Shown: positions 37,228 through 48,432, numbered from the stretch's first letter. The stretch: DNA of 64,000 bases from an uncultured Candidatus Saccharibacteria bacterium (GCA_964483035.1 CAYZZS010000002.1:24872-88871); one strand, 5' to 3'. Notes: generated by a model from the letters alone, not told the origin. Numbers and translations: made by a program.

Positions 37228-38364
37228 ATGTCGGAAATAAACACCAACAACGAGTTGTTGCATCACGCCCTGAAGAGTGGTGCTTTCAGCGACCGGTATG
37301 AGTCGTTTTGGAGTTTCAGCCGCCGGAATTTTGATGGGGACGACATCCTGGTCGAAATACATTCACTGAGCAGAGGCTTGCAGCCGTACGAGCAGGGAGC
37401 AGCTGTATATGAGTGCTTTTGGCATCCTTCGCTGGTCCATCCTGACCCCGAGATGGTGCGCCGGGAGTACATCAATAACAGTGTCTGGTGGGACTATCCG
37501 AACCGTAAGCACGAGACGTTTCCGCGGCTGCTGCCTGATAACTTGCGGCAGCTCTACGTAGCCGGGGAGCAGAGCAATATGATTACGATTGCAAACATAG
37601 CAAATGAATCGATATCGTCTGAAGTCTTGCAGCCGGTACTTGATACGTATCGGTGGTTTGATGAACAGACGGCCGGCTGGGTGCCGCGGCAGGTAACAAA
37701 CATCATGATTGCTGACAATCTCGGCGATGGACCGGAGGCTGGCCCTGACGGAACGCTGGTCGGCGGCTACTACATTGGTGATCGGAAGCTGGTGTATCTG
37801 CACAGGGAGCTGTTTGACGACCCGTATGCAGGTGATATCAGTTCCTGGGAATCTGATAATAGCGGCAAATGGATCGGTATGCTGAACCGCTACCGGACGG
37901 AAGGGGAGTCGCTGGCGGCGCTGACTATGACCCACGAACTGGCACATGCCCTGCAGCGCAGTCTGCCTTTCTTGAGGGAGGAATACGCTCAGGCAATGGC
38001 TGATCTGGAGGAGTTGTACCCGGAGATTTCACTGCCCACAAGCTACGCTGGCGCCAGCCCGTTTGAAGATTTTGCAGAAAGCATGGTGCTGTACCGCTTT
38101 CGTCCTGATCGGCTTGACTCGGAGCGGCGGGAGCTGGTTGAGTATCAGCTTCAGGTTGCGGAACGGGCCGGCCGGATGCTGCTGGGTGGCAAGTCTGGAT
38201 TATGGCAGGGTGCAGCTAAGATGCCGCATGGCTATTTCCCATCATTCCGTCTTCCGGAGTCCATTCATTACGTCTCATTTACGCGGCACGATGTGGCCGG
38301 AGGAGGCCCGGAGCAGCAGGCTGGCCGTATCGTACTTCAGGGCATTGATGACGAACAGGGCTAG
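37228..38364 (+). CDS. Putative minimal zinc metallopeptidase (HExxH ... E.FAE motif)
   Basis: HELAHAL followed roughly 35 aa later by PFEDFAESM, resembling gluzincin-like minimal zincins; otherwise unannotated. Confidence 0.45.
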   Translation: MSEINTNNELLHHALKSGAFSDRYESFWSFSRRNFDGDDILVEIHSLSRGLQPYEQGAAVYECFWHPSLVHPDPEMVRREYINNSVWWDYPNRKHETFPRLLPDNLRQLYVAGEQSNMITIANIANESISSEVLQPVLDTYRWFDEQTAGWVPRQVTNIMIADNLGDGPEAGPDGTLVGGYYIGDRKLVYLHRELFDDPYAGDISSWESDNSGKWIGMLNRYRTEGESLAALTMTHELAHALQRSLPFLREEYAQAMADLEELYPEISLPTSYAGASPFEDFAESMVLYRFRPDRLDSERRELVEYQLQVAERAGRMLLGGKSGLWQGAAKMPHGYFPSFRLPESIHYVSFTRHDVAGGGPEQQAGRIVLQGIDDEQG

Positions 38365-38548
38365 CATAGGCCGCCACTCAGCAGTGCGTGTAGTTATTTT
38401 GACTTTTTCACGGTATAATCAGAGCCAAATGAAAACACTCATTGCGATGAACGGTTTAGGATCGGTGCGAAACGGTGGCCTTGGGCCTGCGTAAATTTTA
38501 CTTTGTACCTAAGCAATCAGTATTTCTTAATAAAGACAAAGGCAGTAT

Positions 38549-39847
<1,299 letters not shown>

Positions 39848-39917
39848 GGAAGCCGGCAGCTCCCGTCTATTTGTTGAATATGGGTATAATGCTACGCCAG
39901 ACTGTCTAGCATGCCTT

Positions 39918-39978
39918 ACCATTACCCCCCCTCGCTAGTTGAGCGAAGAGGCAAGGGGCAGTTTTTGTGCTTAGTACT
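39918..39978 (+). terminator. Possible structured terminator after glyQS (imperfect nested hairpins followed by T5)
   Basis: CCTTACC...GGCAAGG outer stem with one mismatch, inner CCCCTCGC/GCGAAGAGG, then CAGTTTTTG. Confidence 0.25.
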
Positions 39979-40101
39979 ATTGCTGTCGGTGTAGTTTCTG
40001 CTCGCCGCCGAACTTCCTCAAAATCCTAAGCAAATTTAATGAACATTTCCGCGGCCCTCTCAATGTCAGTCGATTTGATGGCAGTGCTATGATTAAGTTA
40101 G

Positions 40102-40455
40102 ATGAAAATTGTAATCAAGCGAGTTTATGATAGAGCTTCGGAGGCGGACGGGTTTCGGGTGCTGGTGGACCGGCTGTGGCCGCGGGGAGTGAAGAAAGAG
40201 CTGGCAGCAGTGGATGAATGGCTGAAGGATATCGCACCGAGCAATGAGCTGAGGGCCTGGTTTGACCACGATCCGGATAAATTTCAGGAATTCAGGGCTG
40301 GGTACATTGCTGAGCTGCGGGCGTCCAGTGTGCCCAAGCAGCTGCTTGAGCGAATCGGGACAGTTAAGACCCTGACGCTGGTGTACGCCGCAAAGGATCC
40401 GGACATAAACCACGCCGTGGTGCTCAGGGATTATTTACGCACATTGGTAAAATAA
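40102..40455 (+). CDS. DUF488 family protein
   Basis: RVYD...GFRVLVDRLWPRG..K...WLKDIAPS..LR.WF.HDP..F matches the DUF488 signature. Confidence 0.75.
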   Translation: MKIVIKRVYDRASEADGFRVLVDRLWPRGVKKELAAVDEWLKDIAPSNELRAWFDHDPDKFQEFRAGYIAELRASSVPKQLLERIGTVKTLTLVYAAKDPDINHAVVLRDYLRTLVK

Positions 40456-40491
40456 TCCAATCGATATCGTATCTGCTATGATGAAACTGAT

Positions 40492-41142
40492 ATGAGTATT
40501 GCACGCGGCGAGCCGCCTCAGACGGCGGAGGTTCGATATTCTACAGAGCTGGACCGTGAGGCGGTCGAACTGGTGGCCGAACTAGTCGATGAAGCGGTGC
40601 ACCTGAGTCCCAACGACCGTTCCGCCCGGCTCGCGGAGAATATTTTGTCCCACTGGTGCGAAGTAGAGACGATTACGCTGCCCGCAACGTATGAATCCAG
40701 GCTGGTGCTTAATTTTTTTGCCAGACGGATGCTGCTTCGGCATGACATGATTGCTGCCGGTGAAGATGCCGGTGATGTATATCGGATTATCATCGAGCAG
40801 GGGATGTTTAGAAATGGCTTCCAGCCGCTCAGCGAACGCTCATTGTTAATGTATATACCGGAAGACGAGACAGCGGAGCCGGTTGCGCTGCAGACCTATG
40901 CCCTCAGTCCGCTCGGATCAGAGGAGGAAGCAAAGGATTACACACCGACGGAGCAAGAAGGTCATAATTCTCAGCCGGACTTTAACGAACTGATCCGCTT
41001 TACCAAGCAGGTAAACCACGATTTTTATAGCTGGAACCGATTGAGCACGTTTGAGCTGGAGGATATTTTCGACGAAATCAGCATAATCCACACCGCACTG
41101 ATAAAAGGCCGGCCCTATGATGCGGCTGGCGGGGAGTATTAG
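40492..41142 (+). CDS. Hypothetical protein
   Basis: 216-aa ORF with no recognised motif. Confidence 0.4.
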   Translation: MSIARGEPPQTAEVRYSTELDREAVELVAELVDEAVHLSPNDRSARLAENILSHWCEVETITLPATYESRLVLNFFARRMLLRHDMIAAGEDAGDVYRIIIEQGMFRNGFQPLSERSLLMYIPEDETAEPVALQTYALSPLGSEEEAKDYTPTEQEGHNSQPDFNELIRFTKQVNHDFYSWNRLSTFELEDIFDEISIIHTALIKGRPYDAAGGEY

Positions 41143-41169
41143 AGGCGGCAACTGTCAGGCCGACGGGTG

Positions 41170-41415
41170 CTAAAAGATTTTACCCTTGATGTCCTTCAGG
41201 GTACCGCCGAGATCGATGCTTTTGATATCGTCAAAACTCAGCCGGCCGTCCTCGTTCTGGTCGGCCATGCCTTTCAGCTTGTCGATGATTCCGTCGTTAT
41301 TGCCGTCCTTCATCGACTCCAGGTCGTCTTTGGAGACTTTGCCGTCGCCGCTTTGATCGGCCTTAGCCTTGATGTCTTCTATTAAACTCATGCGCTCCAA
41401 ACCTCCGTTTAGCAC
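41170..41415 (-). CDS. Small EF-hand-like calcium-binding protein
   Basis: Three DxSxDGxxS/DxxD loops (DQSGDGKVSKDD, DGNNDGIID, DQNEDGRLSFDD). Confidence 0.5.
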   Translation of the reverse strand: MLNGGLERMSLIEDIKAKADQSGDGKVSKDDLESMKDGNNDGIIDKLKGMADQNEDGRLSFDDIKSIDLGGTLKDIKGKIF

Positions 41416-41457
41416 TACGCATAGTACAGGAGGTGTGCTGGCATGTCTGCCGTATAT

Positions 41458-41844
41458 CTAATGTATGGCTACTAGCTCGATATCAAAAACCAGATCAGAG
41501 TTAGGGGGAATGCTCGGCGATGGCGATGCCGAGCCGTAAGCTTTGGCGGCAGGGATGACTAGACGTCGGATGCCGCCGACTTTCATGCCCGGTACACCTT
41601 CAGTCCATCCGGCAATAACTTGGTCGAGCCCGAAGCTGATGGGCTGGCCGAAGTCATGGGAGCTTTGGAAAATGACACCGCTGGCAGCAATCGCACCGGT
41701 GTAGTGTGCGGTTATGGTGCTGCCTGTTGGGACGGTGTCACCGGTACCTTCCTGGATATCGATGATCTGCAGCTCAGTGACAGCGCTGACCGGGGTAAAG
41801 TTTGCTAATGTCGAACCTTCTAGGGGAGTGTTGTTTGCATCCAT
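41458..41844 (-). CDS. FKBP-type peptidyl-prolyl cis-trans isomerase
   Basis: V.VHY.G.L.dG..FDSS...G.P..F.LG...VI.GW.EG..GMK.GG.R.L.IP..LAYG pattern. Confidence 0.85.
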   Translation of the reverse strand: MDANNTPLEGSTLANFTPVSAVTELQIIDIQEGTGDTVPTGSTITAHYTGAIAASGVIFQSSHDFGQPISFGLDQVIAGWTEGVPGMKVGGIRRLVIPAAKAYGSASPSPSIPPNSDLVFDIELVAIH

Positions 41845-41926
41845 GAATCTTAGTCTACAGTCTATTGCCCGATAAGCCTAAAGGTACGGGTAGTAATTTA
41901 TTGGCGTTACAGACTATAATTGCAGT

Positions 41927-42496
41927 ATGCCGGAGTACGAAGCATTCGCGAGGGAGCGGGAGGCCTTGATGTCGCCTCCTACATATGAGGAGTTTGACAT
42001 ACTCAAGGAGCAGCTGCTGGCAATGGCCGAAGAGCCGGACGCCACAGTACTGGGAAGAAGCGATGGGGCTGGTCTCGAGATCGAGCTGGTGCGCGTTGTG
42101 AGGGATGCGTTCGCAAGTGAGCGGCATCCGATTACTGTGACTGTAATGGGAATTATGGAGTTTATGCCAGACGGAAGAACTAACCTGGCTATCAGGTACA
42201 GCGAATGCTCACTTAATCCGCAGACGAATATAGATGAATGGTCGCACAGTTATCGGTTTACCTCGCGCCACAATACTTTGTTAGATTACGGCCATAGGAT
42301 TGGCTGCTTTATAGTACTGCCGACTCTAATGCGGCCAGGGTGGTATTCACCAGAATTTATCCGGGAGGCAAATTTAGGGAGGAGTATATTGCGGCGAGTG
42401 ACCACGGAAGATCCATTGACCGCCGGAGACTGCGGAGTGCTACATGACCGCATGCTTGCCCTTATGGACGGCAGGCTACACGATAGTGATGATTAA
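41927..42496 (+). CDS. Hypothetical protein
   Basis: 189-aa ORF, no motif. Confidence 0.4.
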   Translation: MPEYEAFAREREALMSPPTYEEFDILKEQLLAMAEEPDATVLGRSDGAGLEIELVRVVRDAFASERHPITVTVMGIMEFMPDGRTNLAIRYSECSLNPQTNIDEWSHSYRFTSRHNTLLDYGHRIGCFIVLPTLMRPGWYSPEFIREANLGRSILRRVTTEDPLTAGDCGVLHDRMLALMDGRLHDSDD

Positions 42497-42524
42497 ATGG
42501 CACGACATCAAAGATTAGGAGTAG

Positions 42525-42938
42525 TTGCTAATGGCGTACTTAGAAATCGGCAGCTTCTGCAGTATTGAGGAATATAATACGTATCGCTGTAAGCGGGTAA
42601 TGGAAACCGATATTGAACAGGGCGGCCTCTATACCTACATGATGCGATTCGATCACGCGGAAAAGCAAGCTGCAAAGCAGCCGGTACGAGCCGAAGAGAT
42701 AATTCGCAAAGCCGGTAAATTATCGGTTCGGTTTGCGTTCCTAAACGAAGACCTAGAGCCAGAATGCGTGGTAGAGGAGAGTGTTTGGGATGGCATTATT
42801 GCTTGCTGTGTTGAGGTGACATTCAATTCGCACGAAACAGGTGACAGCTATCAGCTGCAGGAAGCGTACCTCAGGGATTATTACGAAGATCAGTTTGGCG
42901 ACATGCTCACGAGGAGCAATGAGCTAAGCCTGGCGTAG
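42525..42938 (+). CDS. Hypothetical protein
   Basis: 137-aa ORF, no motif. Confidence 0.4.
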   Translation: MLMAYLEIGSFCSIEEYNTYRCKRVMETDIEQGGLYTYMMRFDHAEKQAAKQPVRAEEIIRKAGKLSVRFAFLNEDLEPECVVEESVWDGIIACCVEVTFNSHETGDSYQLQEAYLRDYYEDQFGDMLTRSNELSLA

Positions 42939-42976
42939 TAGCGTCCGCGGGGGCTTCGCAGTGCTATCATTATGTA

Positions 42977-43405
42977 ATGGACAAATTCCATGAGCACGGA
43001 AGCGAGGCTCAAACCCAGCTCGTTGAAGTAGCGTTTGAGTTTGATGACATTCGAGCGCACGAAATTCTTCGACAGGATCGAAGGTTTCATAATACTCCGA
43101 AGACTATCTGGGAGTGGGGTTGTACGGCTGGTGTGCGCCCAGAATCTTCCAGATTGGTGGCGCGGTTTACGTTGAGCAGGGCTATTGAGGTTGAATTGTC
43201 GCACGCTGTCGTAACTTTGGCAGTAATGGAGATGCTGAATGTATTGCTGGAGAATGGATGTCCGGAGCTTGAGCTATCCAGGGTTGATTATCGAACACAG
43301 CGCTCTATGCAGGCTGGTCTGGATAGCGGATTTAGCGATGTAACCATGGAGGCCCGCAGCTATGCAGCGGAATATTTGTCGATGTTTTCCAGTGGGAATA
43401 GCTAG
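42977..43405 (+). CDS. Hypothetical protein (weak GNAT-like C-terminal pattern)
   Basis: 142-aa ORF; the C-terminal ...NVLLENGCPELELSRVD...AGLDSGF loosely resembles an acetyltransferase core. Confidence 0.35.
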   Translation: MDKFHEHGSEAQTQLVEVAFEFDDIRAHEILRQDRRFHNTPKTIWEWGCTAGVRPESSRLVARFTLSRAIEVELSHAVVTLAVMEMLNVLLENGCPELELSRVDYRTQRSMQAGLDSGFSDVTMEARSYAAEYLSMFSSGNS

Positions 43406-43463
43406 AAGCCGGGTGGCTTTACACGTTACGGCCAGTCTCTGAGGTAGCTGGTATGATGTTTGT

Positions 43464-44045
43464 ATGAAGAACGCAATCATATTGCACGGCATGCCGAGCA
43501 AGCGGGAATACTATGACCCCAACGTCCTGAGCATGAGTAATCTGCATTGGATTCCCTGGCTACAAAGTCAGCTGATTAAACACGACATCATGGCCGCGAC
43601 ACCGGAAATGCCTCATGCTTACGCGCCGGATTGGAAGGCGTGGGTCAGGGAAGTGGAGCGGTTTGAAGTCGGGCCGGAGACGCTACTGGTCGGCCATAGC
43701 TGTGGGGGCGGTTTCTGGGTGCGGTATTTGAGCGAGCGCAAAGACCTGAGGGTCGGCAAGGTCGTGCTGGTGGCTCCCTGGACTGATCCGGACCGAGATC
43801 ACACAAAGGGCTTTTTTGAATTTGAAATCGATTCGGAATTAGCAGCCCGAACCGAAGGGGTTACGGTTTTTCATTCAGCGAACGATGCAGGGAATATCCA
43901 TAAGACAGTCGCATCGCTGCGGGAAAGTATTCGTGACATTGGCTATAGGGAGTTTGATAATTACGGTCACTTTACCCAAAAAAGTATGGGCACACAGGAA
44001 TTTCCCGAACTCCTCCAAGAGCTGCTTGGAGATAATCAAGCGTAG
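43464..44045 (+). CDS. Alpha/beta-fold serine hydrolase (RBBP9/YdeN-like)
   Basis: Nucleophile elbow GHSCGG; Asp and His (YGHF) downstream. Confidence 0.65.
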   Translation: MKNAIILHGMPSKREYYDPNVLSMSNLHWIPWLQSQLIKHDIMAATPEMPHAYAPDWKAWVREVERFEVGPETLLVGHSCGGGFWVRYLSERKDLRVGKVVLVAPWTDPDRDHTKGFFEFEIDSELAARTEGVTVFHSANDAGNIHKTVASLRESIRDIGYREFDNYGHFTQKSMGTQEFPELLQELLGDNQA

Positions 44046-44051
44046 CTAAAT

Positions 44052-44282
44052 ATGGCAGAGATGATCACCATTAGGGTCAAGCCTGGAAGTAAGAAAGGCC
44101 CAGCCATAGAGAAGGGTGGCGACGGCAGCTACACTGTGTATGTCCGGGAGCGGGCAGTCGACGGCAAGGCGAACCAGGCAGTTGTCAGACTGCTGGCTGA
44201 GCATTTTGGCATTGCGAAATCCAGCATAGAAATTGTTCGCGGACACACCTCGAAGATCAAGCAGATTACTGTGCTGCTGTAA
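44052..44282 (+). CDS. DUF167 (YggU-like) protein
   Basis: I.VKPGSKK..I.....G...V.V.....DGKAN.A...LLAE.FG..KS.IEIV.G.TSK.K.I pattern. Confidence 0.7.
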   Translation: MAEMITIRVKPGSKKGPAIEKGGDGSYTVYVRERAVDGKANQAVVRLLAEHFGIAKSSIEIVRGHTSKIKQITVLL

Positions 44283-44291
44283 TTCCTAAAC

Positions 44292-45620
44292 TTACTCGCG
44301 GCAAGATGAGACAGTCGGCGTTCCCCACGTGTACTGGCAAAGCGCCATACCGTTACCGAGGTTTTCGCTGCCTCGGCAGTCGAGGCCGGTATTGTTGCAG
44401 TTTTGGACCCACATATTAAGGATTTCCTCATTCCAGCCGTTGATCCAGTCACCGTGACCGGATGAGCCGGCGGGCGCGCCATTGATGTCGCTGGCGAGCC
44501 GCCAGGTGGAAGTTCCTTCCGGCGGGACGTCATAGTAGACCTTGAAAGTGATATTAGTGAGAGGAACCGAATGCGAAGAAGGACACTTGCCGTTGACCGG
44601 GTAGGCCATGTGGCTCTGGTTATCTGCCGAGTGAGTGTTCATACCGTCCCAGCACTGCGGAAAGTCGATATGCGTAATCATGCGGTCTCCAGTTGGGCAG
44701 GACACATCAGTGATGAAGCGGATGCGCTGGATGCCATTATCCAGGCTATAGCAGGAGTACCAGATCATTTCCTGCGCCCCGGTGCTGTTGGCGTTGCCGG
44801 CAATCATCCGAAGGCCTTTGGGGAAGGGTTTCACGGATGATGCCTCGATGCCATGCTCTCCGGTTTTGTAGTAAATCTCGATTCGGGCTGGAATGAGCGG
44901 CCGGCCATCGCGTGTATCAATCATGGACGGCACCCAGTAGGCAGAGCGGTTCGAACCGCCACCGCCACCGCAGGTGGCTGCCGCATTGGAATCAACCAGG
45001 TTCTCGACATCAGTTTTGTAATCAGTTGTTACATTGCCCCAGAAGGTGTGTAGGTGTGCCCGTCCTTCAAGTCCGGGGTATACCAAGGGGTCATCCCGGC
45101 TGATGTGCGAGAAATGACAGTCAGTCCTAAAGGAGCCGTTCTCATCGTTGGCTATCGGCATAACACCGGAGTTCCATATACGCTGGCCGGACCACCATGC
45201 TACCGGGTCGCTGTCGAATACCGGCGGGTTGCGGGGTGGCGACATAGTCGCCCGGGCAGGAATCAGGTCGCAGTTTACGTATGTTAGCCCTGGTAGGTTG
45301 CAACTGCCATCTTCGCCGCTAGTTGGCGGATCCGGAGTGGGTGAAGCAACGAAGCGTATGTAGCTGCCGCCGGCGGCATTGATGTCAATGGCAGGCTCTG
45401 CGCCGCCAGTGAGTGTCGTATCCTCGCCCAGGTTGAGGGGAATGAATTGATTAGTGAGTGCCGAGGAGCGAAAGATAAGCGCTGAGAACAGGGCAATCAC
45501 GGCTAGGGAAAGCACGCCTATTATAATCGGCTGCCGGTGCCTAACTGCAAGCGAAGGGGCTAATTCCAGCTCATTCGCGTACACCCGGGTCTTTAGTGGT
45601 TTCGTTCTGGCTCGCTTCAT
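44292..45620 (-). CDS. Membrane-anchored extracytoplasmic DUF1996-domain protein
   Basis: N-terminal TM; CHFSHISRDDPLVYPG...HLHTFWGN block characteristic of DUF1996; Cys-rich C-terminus. Confidence 0.6.
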   Translation of the reverse strand: MKRARTKPLKTRVYANELELAPSLAVRHRQPIIIGVLSLAVIALFSALIFRSSALTNQFIPLNLGEDTTLTGGAEPAIDINAAGGSYIRFVASPTPDPPTSGEDGSCNLPGLTYVNCDLIPARATMSPPRNPPVFDSDPVAWWSGQRIWNSGVMPIANDENGSFRTDCHFSHISRDDPLVYPGLEGRAHLHTFWGNVTTDYKTDVENLVDSNAAATCGGGGGSNRSAYWVPSMIDTRDGRPLIPARIEIYYKTGEHGIEASSVKPFPKGLRMIAGNANSTGAQEMIWYSCYSLDNGIQRIRFITDVSCPTGDRMITHIDFPQCWDGMNTHSADNQSHMAYPVNGKCPSSHSVPLTNITFKVYYDVPPEGTSTWRLASDINGAPAGSSGHGDWINGWNEEILNMWVQNCNNTGLDCRGSENLGNGMALCQYTWGTPTVSSCRE

Positions 45621-45707
45621 AGGTAAACGTTAGCATCATTATGGATAATAGATGATGCTTCGTCAATTGAATGGCAGCGAGTTTTATTACAACTGTGGAA
45701 TATAGCA

Positions 45708-45738
45708 GAATCCGGAGCAGGTTAGTCTGCCCCGGATT
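45708..45738 (-). terminator. Candidate intrinsic terminator downstream of the Rpf-like gene
   Basis: AATCCGGAGCAG-GTTAGT-CTGCCCCGGATT 12-bp stem (one mismatch); moderately U-rich 3' on the minus strand. Confidence 0.35.
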
Positions 45739-45771
45739 TGTTACCGAAAATTACGAAATTTGATTATCTGA

Positions 45772-46413
45772 TTATCTAAGTCCGAGCTTTGCCGAACACG
45801 CTGGCCATGCACCCCAGCCTTGGCGGGCGCGCAGCATTTCGGCACGGTGAATCTGCTCTGACTTGCTGGCCTGGTGTGGATAGCCGCTACCGCCGACAGC
45901 TTGCCAGCTTGAGAGACTGAACTGCAGCCCGCCGTAGTATCCGTTACCAGTGTTGATGTGCCAATTGCCGCCTGATTCACAGGCTGCCAGACGATCCCAT
46001 GCCTCGCCGCCCGTCACTGTGAAGTTGACGATGACTTTGGCCTGATTGCGGGCTCCGTACTGTCTGGGTTCGCTGCGGTTTGATGATGTCGAGCGTTTCT
46101 TGATTGACGGTCGACTGATTACTACCGTCGTCGGAATCGGCCGTTCTGCTAATGTCTCATCCGGTGCAGGGATCCGTAGTTCGTCACCCGGATAAATCAG
46201 GTCCGGATGCTCGATGTCGGTGTTTGCATAGTATATTCTCTGGTATGTCGTGTCGTGAGCTTTTGCGATCTTGGATAGCGTATCGCCTTGCTCTACGGTA
46301 ACAGTGTTCTCCGCGTCAGTCTCGCTATTTTCGGCATGTGCCGGCTGGCTGGTGCCGGCGGTCATTATCACGGCCGCCACAAAGACAACCGCAATCAATG
46401 CGACTCGTCGCAT
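45772..46413 (-). CDS. Secreted LysM + resuscitation-promoting-factor (Rpf/transglycosylase-like) protein
   Basis: Signal peptide, LysM (VEQGDTLSKIAKAH...YPGDELRIP), Rpf core (WDRLAACESGGNWHINTGNGYYGGLQFSLSSWQAVGG); AAGGAGGG RBS. Confidence 0.85.
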   Translation of the reverse strand: MRRVALIAVVFVAAVIMTAGTSQPAHAENSETDAENTVTVEQGDTLSKIAKAHDTTYQRIYYANTDIEHPDLIYPGDELRIPAPDETLAERPIPTTVVISRPSIKKRSTSSNRSEPRQYGARNQAKVIVNFTVTGGEAWDRLAACESGGNWHINTGNGYYGGLQFSLSSWQAVGGSGYPHQASKSEQIHRAEMLRARQGWGAWPACSAKLGLR

Positions 46414-46605
46414 AGTATGTTCTCCCTCCTTATACCCCCAGAATTATTAATCGTTTAAATATTTATTAATCAGGGGTAGTAAATGCGCTCTCCACCTCAA
46501 TTGGAAAAAAGCACAAATATCAGCATAAACCGTATAGAAATTAGTGTCAAGACTCTTAAGCTAACACCATATGTAGCGGGCCGTGAAAAACATAAAAACA
46601 ATGCT

Positions 46606-47211
46606 ATGATTTATTATGAAATGAAACGCGAGATTGAAGCCAAATTTTTGGACGCCGATTTTGATGCGGTCCGGGAAAAACTACAAGAGTTAAGCGCAAA
46701 ATGCGAGCAGTCGATGCAGCTGAAGCGTTACGTCATTATCGATGATACTCAGGGGTACATGCGCTCCAAGGGTACATTTATCCAGGTTCAGGATGATGGT
46801 AAAGACGTGACGTTGGCATACAAGAAGCTGCAGCGCGTCAGTACGGATGCAGTGCAGGATACTGCTGTCACGGTGAACTCCTTTGAGGCGGTCATCAATA
46901 TATTCCTGGAGCTGGGGCTTCGGGTGCGCTCGCACCAGGAATCCAAGCGCGAAACCTGGAGTCTGGGCGATGCGAAGGTTCACTTGGATCAGTGGCCGTG
47001 GCTGAAGCCGCTTATCACCATCTCAGGGCGCAATGAGCGCCAGATCGAAGAGATTGCCGGTGAGCTGGGCTATCAGTGGAGTGATGCCGTGTACGGTGAT
47101 ATTATTGCCGCCTACCGCGTACAGTATCCGATACTGGCTGACAAGAAGGATATAACATCGCTGCCAATTATGAAGTTCAACAGCGCTCCGCCAAACTTCT
47201 TCAACGTCTAA
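46606..47211 (+). CDS. CYTH-domain protein (CyaB-like triphosphate tunnel metalloenzyme)
   Basis: YEMKREIEAKF N-terminal ExExK signature; start chosen at in-frame ATG 46606 (ORF tool start 46483 is probably an extension). Confidence 0.6.
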   Translation: MIYYEMKREIEAKFLDADFDAVREKLQELSAKCEQSMQLKRYVIIDDTQGYMRSKGTFIQVQDDGKDVTLAYKKLQRVSTDAVQDTAVTVNSFEAVINIFLELGLRVRSHQESKRETWSLGDAKVHLDQWPWLKPLITISGRNERQIEEIAGELGYQWSDAVYGDIIAAYRVQYPILADKKDITSLPIMKFNSAPPNFFNV

Positions 47212-47312
47212 GCTGACTGCTTGGTTAAAATTTTACAGCAGCCATATCGTACTGTCGTGGGTTAGAATACGCCACTAGAATGTAAATATAAATCAGAAGA
47301 GAATCAGATAGC

Positions 47313-48410
47313 ATGGAAGAGCCTACTACTGCCAATGAGATCAAAGAGCAAGCTGCGCCGGAAGAGGTGCAGGATGAGTCAAAAGAAACTTTGACCGCGG
47401 CGATTTTACAGGATTTGCCGGCGGCGAACGAGGACGGATATCAGGAAACGGATATCTTTGCCTGGGCGAATAATCTGGTGCAATATGTCGAGGACCTCAA
47501 GATAAACCTGTATTTCTTCAATAGGAATTATATTGTCTACAAGACCAAGCTGGCTGGCGAGGTGGCGCGGCAGCTCAGGCCGCTATTTATCGATGAAATC
47601 CTGGAGTACATCTTGGGCGGCATAGAGAAGGGGCTGGTGGTTCGCGGCTTCGAGGAAGCAGAATCTGAGGAATTGGTACTACAGCGCACGCGCGTTAAGA
47701 ATGTCGACAAGCTGGTTGAGGTGCTCAACTGGCTTAAGACCCAGTCGCACGAGATCGAGACGTTCGTTGAGGAGGAGCATGACCTAAAGCGTATCAAGGG
47801 GGTTATAGCCCAGTGTACCGCCGAGGGTTTGGAGGCACCGTTTTACCTGATCAAAAGCCTGCCGACCACCCAGGTCATGAAAGGGCACACTGCCTGGATG
47901 CTGAAGGACGGGACATTCAAGCCCTTCGATAATATGAGCGCGCTGAAGATACCCGGAGAAAACCAACTACTAGTAGTTGGACAGGACCTGTTTGTCTTTA
48001 ATCAGGCAAAACTGAAGTCACTGTTTGGTTATGACGCCAAGGCCGCCAGTATCGCTGCTAAGAAGGTGGCAGAGATTGAGGCGAACTTCAAACTCAGCTT
48101 TAGTGAGGGTGCTAGCTTGCAGTCTTTGGTCAAGGGTAAGCCGGCGGCTATTAAGAAACTGCAGAAGATTGAGCCCAGCCTGGTCAAGCAGCAGGACCTG
48201 ATTGACCATTCGGATGAGCTGGGGGTGGGGCTGATGACCGATGATGACGGCTCGATAATTATCATGGATGACAAAGATCTGGTGCGGTTCGTGAACCTGC
48301 TTAATGACGACTATATCGAGTCGCCAATGACCGGCCAGCGGTATGAAATCATCAAGAAGAGGCCGCTCAAGCCAGCGGACGAAGAAGAGCTGCTCAAACA
48401 AGTTCTGTAG
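47313..48410 (+). CDS. Hypothetical acidic protein (365 aa)
   Basis: No recognised motif; convergent with the next gene. Confidence 0.45.
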   Translation: MEEPTTANEIKEQAAPEEVQDESKETLTAAILQDLPAANEDGYQETDIFAWANNLVQYVEDLKINLYFFNRNYIVYKTKLAGEVARQLRPLFIDEILEYILGGIEKGLVVRGFEEAESEELVLQRTRVKNVDKLVEVLNWLKTQSHEIETFVEEEHDLKRIKGVIAQCTAEGLEAPFYLIKSLPTTQVMKGHTAWMLKDGTFKPFDNMSALKIPGENQLLVVGQDLFVFNQAKLKSLFGYDAKAASIAAKKVAEIEANFKLSFSEGASLQSLVKGKPAAIKKLQKIEPSLVKQQDLIDHSDELGVGLMTDDDGSIIIMDDKDLVRFVNLLNDDYIESPMTGQRYEIIKKRPLKPADEEELLKQVL

Positions 48411-48432
48411 GCAGGTGGTTTTTTACGAGATC

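Noticed and set aside
47313-48410. Possible Kiwa KwaB (DUF4868)-like defence protein
   Set aside because: This is only a vague impression. There is no partner KwaA-like membrane gene adjacent, and I cannot recall diagnostic motifs, so it is left as hypothetical.
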